DNA from: Eledone cirrhosa
Taxonomy: Eukaryota
Assembly: GCA_964016885.1 (NCBI GenBank)
Contig: OZ024743.1
Coordinates: forward strand, 359,786,001 to 359,850,000
Direction of reading: 5' to 3'
Length of the DNA stretch: 64,000 bases
In this document: positions 1-9,491 of the stretch, in pieces
How the letters are laid out: the number at the start of each line of letters is the position of its first letter
How positions within the stretch are numbered: position 1 is the stretch's first letter
Notes under the pieces: generated by a model
Told to the model about the DNA's origin: nothing
What the model saw: the letters and a program-made list of their open reading frames with translations, nothing else
The model's database searches: none
Program-made: the position numbers and the translations under genes

Positions 1-161
1 ATTTAACTCCCTGACCAGTTACAACTGGAAACAGATTGTAATGAGGAAGAGGGGAAGAAAACCGCAAAAGAAACAGAAAAGAAAGAACTCTCTTCCTTCT
101 CTCTCAAAACACGAGGGCGAAACAAATAAATAAAAAAAATGAAAGATTTAAGACATCTCAG

Positions 162-1225
162 CTACTGAGAGGGAGTGTTGCGAAAAGCCGATAACAACCG
201 CTGAAGTACGGGAGGTAATGAGTGAGAGCATGATGGGTAAATCGCCTGGTTTGGATGGTTTGCATTACGAGCTTTACGTACACAAGCAAGACTAGTTCGG
301 CGACCGCTTTGCGGACGTCTACTGCTACTGGCCACAGAACGGGAGAACTCCCAGCTCTGTGAGCCGAAAAGCGATGGCACTGCTGAGAAAGGAGACGAAT
401 AAGGGAGGCAACATAAATAATTTCAGGCCCATAACTCTGCTAAACGCAGAGTTCAACATTTTGGCCAAAGAGATTAGCACTTATCGTCGGTCATCTGGTG
501 GGGGAGGCGCACACATGCGTAATTCCAGACAGATCCATCGACGACAACTTCCACCTCATGCAATACATCGTTGAGAGGGTAGCTAACAAATCTGGCACAG
601 GTGGGGCCTTGATCAGTTTAGATCAGTCGAAAGCTTTCGATAGGCTCGACCATCGTTATCTGGGGTCTTGAGGGCTTTCAGAGGCTGGATCGCTGCCATG
701 CACAGTGATATCTGCTCTGTGGTGAGAGTAAACGGTTGACTTTCAGAACCGTTAAACATCTTGCACAATGGCGGCGTTTAGGGGCGTCCCATGCAGACTA
801 GGAAGGGTAGGCAGTTTTTATCTCCCTTGTTGGCTATGTCGAAAGAGTTCGTGAGATGGACGCGTTTGAAAGGGCTGAAGACGAGCACTTACCTCTTCGG
901 TGATACGCTGATTAACCTTTTCAAATTTTATTAAAAAGGGAAAATCAAGGTGGAGAGGGAAGTGCCCTCTTCCCAGCAATTTGTTGAAAGATGGGTGAGA
1001 GAGGTGAGCATGGCACGAGTGAATGGGCCTGTTCTAAGTATATGCTTGTAGATTGGCGGGGGAAAACTGGGAAAGGCCGCTTACCTTACTGGTGGTCAGG
1101 TTCACCGAGGCTTTTTGTGGGCTTTCTCTACGTGTTTCATTTTTTTGTTATATCCTTTGTTTTTGTTATATGTTTACACGCAGAAATGCCCATTTTTACC
1201 GTCTTAACCCTTGTGGTTAATAAAC
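162..1225 (+). mobile_element. Decayed, internally deleted 3' fragment of a Tx1/L1-clade LINE (RT remnants, ORF2 C-terminus, 3' UTR)
   Basis: NFRPITLLNAEFNILAK at 359-574 matches ORF2 of the 9290-14992 element. DQSKAFDR-coding DNA near 620. Terminal 'atggcacgagtgaatgggcc' matches the ORF2 end (MARVNGP). AATAAA near 1219. Confidence 0.85.
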
Positions 1226-1249
1226 ACATTATTACTAGAAATAAATTGT

Positions 1250-1420
1250 GGTGGATTGGCAGTATCAATAGAGGGTTGGACACCATGCTTCATGGTCTGA
1301 GTTCAAATCCCGCCGAAGTTAACTTTGCCTTTCATCCTGAGGCGGTCGTTAAATTAAAGCACCAATAATACACTGGAATAATTGCTGGCCGTATGCCAAA
1401 AGTAGAAACAATTATTATTA
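1250..1420 (+). mobile_element. tRNA-derived SINE (MetaSINE-like), diverged copy
   Basis: B-box-like gttcaaatcc, then 'aactttgcctttcatcct' and tail 'attgctggcc...aaaagtagaaacaattatt'. Same family recurs more than 10 times in the window. Confidence 0.8.
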
Positions 1421-1550
1421 GAAATAAAGAAATCATTATTTTTCTCCCTATATACGTATATGGTATATAAATGTACAGTTCCTCATATTCAATCTCTTTA
1501 TAATTAACTTATATTAGTTTAATAGAAAAAGCATCGCCATATTTCTATTT

Positions 1551-1605
1551 TACTTTGGTTCGTGGAAACGTTCCCTGGCAAAGAACGTTTCCACGAACCA
1601 AAGTA
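1551..1605. repeat. Perfect 23-bp inverted repeat with 9-nt loop
   Basis: tactttggttcgtggaaacgttc (1551-1573) / gaacgtttccacgaaccaaagta (1583-1605). Confidence 0.9.
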
Positions 1606-1830
1606 TCGTCTTCCTGTCTTCCTCCGGTTGCAACGTTTTTTGAAATATCCACTTCTGCGTTTAGAGATTGACTTTGTTAGTTTCAGAATATCCCGTTAAA
1701 GCAGCGATTCTTTGCTTAAACTTTAATCTGTTATTTTAATAAATATATATATATATATTCGGCTACGGTGGCTGTTGACTTCACAATCACTGTTTTCATT
1801 TTGTCTGGCCGCCGATATACGATCTCGCTG

Positions 1831-1877
<47 letters not shown>

Positions 1878-1922
1878 CAGGAAAGAAGATTGACATGGTT
1901 TGCTATACAAAAAAGGTTTTTA

Positions 1923-2044
1923 ATCTCATTGCTGACAGTTGTTTCTCTGAACTGGTATGTCTAGAGATCGCTATTCGCTTGTTTTCACGTTACTCGATCG
2001 CCAATACAAAATTATAACCAGTCAGTTCTTCGGAGCATGCGAGA
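1923..2044 (-). ncRNA. Hammerhead ribozyme motif (variant core CCGAAGA) in 3' pLTR of the PLE
   Basis: Minus strand reads gcatgct-CCGAAGA-actgactggt...accagttcaga-GAAA-caact-GTC-agcaatgag. Stems I-III can pair. Confidence 0.65.
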
Positions 2045-2398
2045 ATGAAGAGAATATACAGGCATGAAAGGAATATACAGGCTACTATATGAAGTAGTAA
2101 TGGCATTCAGTTAGAACAATAACAACAATTACAACAATGCTATTAATAAATTATTTGAGGAGACCCTGACATTACATTAGGTGGGGGGTATAGTGTATCT
2201 AAGATTTCGGCGTGTAAAACTAGCTGACATGAAGCAGAAGTAAAAGTGTGGCATATACGGAGTATCGTAGGGTGTATTGTATCAATTTAAAATTTTAAAG
2301 ATAAGCCGGTGTTTACAGTCTTTCTTTTCATCTTCAATAACATACATGAATGGGACAACACTGTCAAAGCTTAATAGTGGGCGAGTTAATACAGAGGT

Positions 2399-2399
<1 letters not shown>

Positions 2400-2442
<43 letters not shown>

Positions 2443-2545
2443 TACATACACAGATACACACACATACATATATATATACACACGCATGTGTACACAGACA
2501 CATACATACACATCAATATACACTCGTACACAAATATACATACAT
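2400..2545. repeat. Compound (TA)n/(CA)n microsatellite inside the PLE 3' UTR
   Basis: Seen directly. A homologous tract occurs at 56699-56803 in the second PLE copy. Confidence 0.9.
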
Positions 2546-2809
2546 GCAAAGAGATAAGCGTGCTGATTGTAATTATGGCAAAAGGAAGGTAAAGTTACAT
2601 TGTAGTAGTGATTTGAGAAATACTTGGATTTAGGATCAAGTGATGGCAGCAGCTGAGAAGGAATAAGTTTATGGGTTGATGAGGTACTTACAGACATTTG
2701 CGTGGTATAGACTTGTGAAGGCTAGAGTGTACTTAATGAGTATATTTCTGTGGTGATTTATGCAGGGTAGTGGGTATCCTAGTTTAAAGCTATGTTGTGT
2801 TGGTTCGAT

Positions 2810-5213
2810 TCACGGAGGTTTGAATCTTATGAATTTAGTGGCAATTCTATTTCTGCAGAAGATAGATCTTTCTAACTTATTGTTAAGTAGCCTTTTTACA
2901 TTTTTGAGGATATACATTAGTTCTGGATCACATAGCCCGCAGTGGGACATACCTGTACTATAGGTTTTAGCAGCCGACAACTTCGACCAGTTAATACTGT
3001 AGTTAGTGCTGCTGTCCTTCAGTTCCCATATTTTTTTAGCGAGGGTTGTGGAACCCATAAGTGCACGGTTTTTCATTGAGTGCCTGTGCATATACCATCT
3101 TTTTTTAAAAGAACCCGCGGTGGATCCTATGTAATTCCAGGTGGAGTTATCCGAGATGACCGTGCACATGTATACTAGGCTCGAATCGAGACATCTATTC
3201 GCTAATGGGCACCTATCTGGTAGGTGACAGTTACAGTTTGAGGCGCTATTTTGTGCAGCTTCTACACTCCTGTTTACTACTCTGTTATAAGTGGGTTGTG
3301 ATATATGCCCATTGGGGTTTTGCTGCTGCACGTTTGTATGCGCTTGCGGTTGTGATGTTGTGATGTGTTTATGCTTATAATTTGGTGCTACGTTATGCAT
3401 AGGTGCGGTTGATTTACTAGAGATATTTCTGTGGTTGATCCTGCGTATGTGTGATTCTATATTTGCTGCTGTCGAGTATGAGAGTTTTATAGTAAATCTA
3501 TTGAGTATTTTGTGATATCTATGTGAGATAGGGAAGTGTTTATCTATTAGTTTAAAGAATGTAGAGGGCAGTCTAGTTTTTATAGAGGAGTTGAAGATTG
3601 GGTTGAACCATAGGTATTTTCTTTGTCTGTTTCTTCTATTGTTTCTTGGGTTTACGTTATTAGTGTTTTGACCGTTTACTCCAGGTGTTACGTGCCTAAC
3701 CCTATGTCTAGTCCAGCTATTTCTATTATTGTGTGAGCGGTTGGTGTAGTAGTTACTAGGATTGTTTACGTTGTCTATATTCACTATATACTGCAGTTTA
3801 TCTTTATGACCGGCCCTACGTAATGCTGCATTACAGTAGTCAGCATGTTCGTCAAAGATTTCTAGGTTAGAGGATAAGCGGGATATTCGGAGGGATATAC
3901 TACGTGCTATGGATCTAATTATGGATTTGGGGTGGTTTGAGTTGTAACTAATGTAGGCAAAATTTTCATTATTTTTGTAGAAAGGTTCTATCAATCCCGT
4001 ATTTAGATTTAGAGTCACATCTAGAAGGTTTACCTTCTTATGGTTCAGTTCGTAGGTAATACTTAGGTCTAGTTTTTTGAAGAATATTCTAATATTTTTT
4101 CTTAGTCTTTCCATGCCCTGGTTGTTTAGGTTCCTAGCTATAAGTAGCGTGTCGTCCCTATAAATTCCTCCTTGGAGGTTACTGAATTCCTTATGTAGGT
4201 TGTGTGCTATGAATAGCCCCACGATATCTGTGATTTGCGCAGAGTCATTTGATCCCATTGTTATATCGAAGCTATTTATCCTATCTTTTCTTACCCAGTA
4301 GCTATTTTCAAATTTTATGATAGTCCTTCTAGCCGCTATTATTATTTCAATTTCATCATGGGTAAGATCAGAGTTATTTTGGGCAAATATAAGCGCCTTA
4401 TCTAGGGTAGCTGGGGATATGGATGCATAGTAGTCGTCTATATCAAATTGTATGAAGTTACACGTCTCCCTATTTTGTATTTTATTGAACCATTTAATTG
4501 CCTCGTTAGTGTTACCCCATAAATTGATTTCTAGTTTACCCTTTATTTGTGCGATTACCCTATATAGAATGTTCTTGCTAATTTTACCTATGTCTGACTT
4601 GGATGGGCATATTAATCAAATGGTGGGGTTAGTTTCAAAATTATTTTTGTGATCCTTCAGGTTAAATGTTGGGTTGCACGGGGTTAGCCGTTCGGTCCTA
4701 TCGGGAATTCCGAGTTTATTAACTATCTTGAGGCCCTCCACGTTAATGCTGGTGAGTGTAGATTCATTTGTTTTTTTATATTTTTTTATGTAGTTCACGC
4801 TGAATAAAGTTATTGTATGTGTTAATGTCCATAGAGTATACGTTTGATGTTTTGTCTGCTTTTACTATGATACCGTTAGTGTCATTTAGTTTTTTTAGTA
4901 GTGTATTTAAGTCATTTTGTAATTTGTTGTGATTTGTTCCTTTTTTAAATTTAGTTTCACTTATCATGTTCATAAGGTCCAGCTCGAAGGCATCGAGTAC
5001 GGGGTTGTTTGGAGGGTTTTTGCAGGATTTAAACCCGTAATTCTCCTTAGAAAATTCCTTTGCGTTGGTATTTGGTCCCTTATCCAAATGGTAAGCTTTC
5101 CATCGGACCCTGCGGATGAAATCATTAGTCCGTCGTATCATGCCCAGTGTATAGTCCTTTTTTGTAGGTATAGGTATGTTTTTCAGTGACATACCTATAC
5201 GGTGCTTCTCCAT
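2810..5213 (-). pseudogene. PLE (Naiad-type) polyprotein: reverse transcriptase + C-terminal GIY-YIG endonuclease; one frameshift (~4785) and one in-frame TGA (4616-4618)
   Basis: Manual translation joins ORFs 4776-5213, 4616-4798 and 2810-4258. Motifs: SLKNIPIP..RWKAY, KADKT, LKDHK, QFDIDDYYASI, FDITMGSND, GIYRDD, SNHP, WFNP, CNCxxxxxCPLxxxC, VYMC..YIGST, CxLC..LLNN..CR. Confidence 0.93.
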
Positions 5214-5542
5214 GTTGTTGCCGTGCGTTAATGGTGTTGCTCGACCAGGTGGGAGCTAAATATACGGGGTAACAAATAATAGTTATATGCAGTCCACTTA
5301 GGTGTAGTCCAGTTATGGTATTCCGGGTAGTGGATGATATCAACGCTTGGCTTCGTTTGACTCAACAAGGCGTTTTCATAGTGATGTTGCGAGTATGCTG
5401 TAATTCCTATGTTGTAAACACTTGGAGTAATAATAAATCAGGAAAGAACATTGACATGGTTTGCTATACAAAAAAGGTTTTTAATCTCATTGCTGACAGT
5501 TGTTTCTCTGAACTGGTAGGTCTAGAGATCGCTATTCGCTTG

Positions 5543-6157
<615 letters not shown>

Positions 6158-6630
6158 TAATGTTGCACACGATCAACATCGAATACAGGTAGTTCCTTAA
6201 CATGGTTATTGACAAAACCCTAATATTTATAATATTACAATTGGTAAAAACAATCTTCCATTTGATTAAGCATGTGCGATGTATATATAATTCCCATGTA
6301 CACTCAAAGTTGGAAAATACTCAGATATTCTTATGGATCTTTTCCGATTATGCAAATACACAGAATGGTAATGCAATGAAGCACTTGTAAAAGATTCTAA
6401 TAAACCACAATTTGTAAACTCCATTGTATTTCGTTAGTTGTAAATCTTATAATAGGGACACGTAAACATATTCTGACACAATCAGAAATAAACCAGATCG
6501 GAATTTAACCTGTCAACTTGATCACCACCTTCTAAATTTCCTAATACCAATAACTTTAAAGGAGTAAAAAAGATGCTGGTATAATTAGATGGCTTCTGTT
6601 GAAAGATGTTCATCATTTCTTACTTCAATA

Positions 6631-6801
6631 TAATTGTTTCTACTTTTGGCACAAGGCCAGCAATTACCCAGTGCATTACTGGTACTTTATTTTATCGACC
6701 CCGTAAGGATGAAAGGCAAAGTCAACCTCGGCGGGATTTGAACTCAGATCGTAAAGGGACGTAACTATGCTGGAAAGCATGGCGTCCGACCCTCTACCGA
6801 T
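6631..6801 (-). mobile_element. tRNA-derived SINE (MetaSINE-like)
   Basis: Reverse complement has A-box-like tcggtagag, B-box gagttcaaatcc, and 'gaggttgactttgcctttcatccttacggggtcgataaaataaagtacc', which resembles the Meta domain. Confidence 0.88.
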
Positions 6802-6873
6802 TCAATATAATGTTGCTATAGAATATTAGCAGGTATTGGGTTGGGTAAACTAAGCACTCCTAATTACATGTAA

Positions 6874-6889
6874 TACACACACACACACA

Positions 6890-6982
<93 letters not shown>

Positions 6983-6990
6983 TACACACA
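6874..6990. repeat. (CA)n microsatellite
   Basis: Seen directly. Confidence 0.95.
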
Positions 6991-6994
6991 TATA

Positions 6995-7032
6995 TTTCCT
7001 GATGAAGGACTTCTGTCTGAAACGTTGAAACT
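6995..7032 (+). ncRNA. Minimal type I hammerhead ribozyme motif (PLE-type) in a short PLE 3'-end remnant
   Basis: tttc-CTGATGA-aggac ttct gtct-GAAA-cg-TT-gaaa. Stem I tttc/gaaa; palindromic stem III (AACGTT). Confidence 0.72.
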
Positions 7033-7111
7033 CCCCCACTTCCACCAAACGCGAACCTAGTATAACTGTTTACAATTACCACGTGTGTTTTGTTCGTTTA
7101 TTTTCAAATAT

Positions 7112-7268
7112 CTATCTATGTAGGGCGGGTAAAATTCCCGAGACCCATGGATAAGGCTTCTCCAGCGGTCTCTGTCCCTCATTATCGGTGCTATGTCCTG
7201 CATCTCCAACAGACCTGTGTCTGACCTTAGGGCATCAACGTATGTTAACTTCGGTCTTTCTCTACCAG
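7112..7268 (-). mobile_element. 3' terminal fragment of an RTE/RTE-X-like LINE
   Basis: Translation GRERPKLTYVDALRSDTG..IMRDRDRWR resembles the RTE-type C-terminus (GRP..TY.D.L..D, M.DR..WR). Abuts (TG)n at 7269-7379. Confidence 0.6.
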
Positions 7269-7284
7269 TGTGTGTGTGTGTGTG

Positions 7285-7382
<98 letters not shown>

Positions 7383-7466
7383 AAGAGATTGTTTTGGTAA
7401 AAACAGGAGCAAGCAGGAGAAAGCTGTCAACATTCGTAGTTTGTAGTTACGATGGAGGTTCAGTAT

Positions 7467-7762
7467 AAAACATTAAGAAAGATGCTGATGTTACATATAT
7501 CGTTTATTCATAATAATTATTTCAACGGTTCTCCCATGCAATCCAGATGGTATCTTCAGATGAAATATGTCAGCTGGGCGCACGAGTAGAAGGACGTGTT
7601 TTTTTTTGCCGGTGGCACATCACAGAATCGAATTTCATCTGAGGATACCGTTCTCATAATAACAGCAAATGCATGAATTATATCTTAATTGCATGAGAGA
7701 ATCGTTGAAATAATTATTATGAATAAATGAATTATGTAACATCAACATCTTTCTTAATGTTA
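7467..7762. mobile_element. ORF-less palindromic element with a hammerhead motif in each arm (inverted PLE pLTR pair), abutting (TA)n
   Basis: 7467-7566 is an imperfect reverse complement of 7632-7762. Plus HHR: CTGAGGA 7639-7645, GAAA 7707-7710. Minus HHR: CTGAAGA...GAAA within 7507-7566. Confidence 0.75.
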
Positions 7763-7964
7763 TATATATATATCTCAAAGGTAGTCAAGAGAAAATTTCT
7801 TTCTAAATGCCAGTAACACGAATTTATTTAATTGTATTATGGGAGTGTTCACCGTATGTTGTACACGTTGAATTTTAATTTACTGCTAGATTTATTGGGG
7901 AGCATAGATTTAATGATTATATAATTATTCTGGTAAAACAATTAGAGCAAACCCACAAATAGTG

Positions 7965-8001
<37 letters not shown>

Positions 8002-8005
8002 GATA

Positions 8006-8806
8006 CATTAACGGAGCCATAGACTCTCGCCGTTCCCTGTAAATAATGTGCTCAAAGGAGAGGAAATCCTGGGCACTTTAAAATACAATATGTTGAAAAG
8101 GTAACACACTAGATAGAGATACAGTGCGCCATCAATAAAACAGGGAAAAACCACCAGTGTATGGAATCTATAACCTATGAAAGGCAGAATATAGACACGA
8201 TAATTAAAAATATAAATTAAAACGTAAATAAATACTCTATAACTATATAACACACGTACAAATCCAAAGTGATCTATTTCGCCAGTGAGTTGTTGAGGGA
8301 AATCGAATAACCCAGGTTCATCAGCGTGTGTAAGGCTATACATTTCAGACAACACTAAGAGAATTTTTAAAGCGGCCGTCCAACTACACGTGGGAGAGAG
8401 AAGTCACAGCATGTTTAAGGGCAGTGACCCAGTGGCCTCTGTGGGATGAGCTGCTAGAAAGGGCAGCCCAAAACCACTCAGAGAAGTGTGCTCAACCAAA
8501 CAGAGAAAGAGGAGAAAGACTGTTATAAGGAGCGAAATATCACGATACAATAACGGACCCATAGACCTCGCCGTTCCCTGTAAATAATGTGCTCAAAGCA
8601 GAGGGAATCCTGGGCACTTTAAAATAAAATATGTTGAAAAGTTAACGCCCTAGAGAGAGATACAGTGCGCCATCAATAAAACAGGGAAAAACCACCAGTG
8701 TATCGAATCTATACCCTATGAAAAGCAGAATTTAAACACGATAATTAAAAATATAAATTAAAGCGTAAATAAATACCTCTATAACTATATAACACACGTA
8801 CAAATC
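8006..8806 (-). repeat. ~260-bp direct repeat (8006-8267 / 8551-8806), probable partial-tandem PLE pLTR remnant
   Basis: Both copies start taacgga(g/c)ccatagac and end acacacgtacaaatccaa. Minus-strand CTGATGA (8324-8318) ... GAAA (8280-8277) lies next to the first copy. Flanked by (TA)n. Confidence 0.7.
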
Positions 8807-8889
8807 CAATACATATATATAATGAAGGAATTGTGGTCAGGAACCATATGGACCATAACGCACCAGCGTATTCTATACTTAGTGAGTAA

Positions 8890-9001
8890 TAGGAAAAGGT
8901 ATGACCTCGACGTTTCGACGGCTATTTGTGGACTCAGAAAGTGTCCAGAAATAGCCGTCGAAACGGCTTGAGCTCTGCTGTCGGGCTCATACCTTTTCCT
9001 A
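8890..9001. repeat. Imperfect palindrome abutting (TA)n
   Basis: taggaaaaggtatga...gtttcgacggctattt / aaatagccgtcgaaac...tcataccttttccta. Confidence 0.85.
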
Positions 9002-9244
9002 TATATATATATATATAGTTGAAAATTGCAAACTTGACTGTCACCACACATTATGAACCTGAAGATTGCGAAAGCATGAAAGTACTTGTTCAATTAACAC
9101 TTAACATTTAATATTCTACCATACTATTTCATTCTAATACCATTATAAATTTTAAAGGGTTGTAAATAAAACGAGTAAATCAGACAAAGTTGGAATTCCT
9201 TTTATTAATGTAATCTTCTATACACAATCATACACACCCGTGTA

Positions 9245-9289
<45 letters not shown>
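9245..9289. repeat. (TATC)n microsatellite immediately 5' of the Tx1 LINE
   Basis: Seen directly. Confidence 0.95.
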
Positions 9290-9290
<1 letters not shown>

Positions 9291-9491
9291 GATAGAGTAA
9301 GACACGCTTCGCATCGGCTCCGCTATTCCATCGGGATTTACCCTTACTATTGTAAGTACCGGATAAATTTTTTAGTGCAATACATTTGGAACACTAACCC
9401 CTGTTATTTAGGGAAACATTTTTGCATTTACCCCCTTTTTAGGGGGTAAAATAAATATCTATTTTTGCCGAAAAATTTCTTTCTTGGCAGC

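Noticed and set aside
2277-2697. ORFs with YIYI, CVCV or THTH repeats (also near 6860-7468, 17981-18343, 19137-19354, 40460-40945, 49682-50176, 56648-56893)
   Set aside because: They are translations of dinucleotide microsatellites, not genes.
6720-6800. tRNA genes at SINE heads
   Set aside because: Only A/B-box-like remnants with no cloverleaf, always attached to the SINE body.
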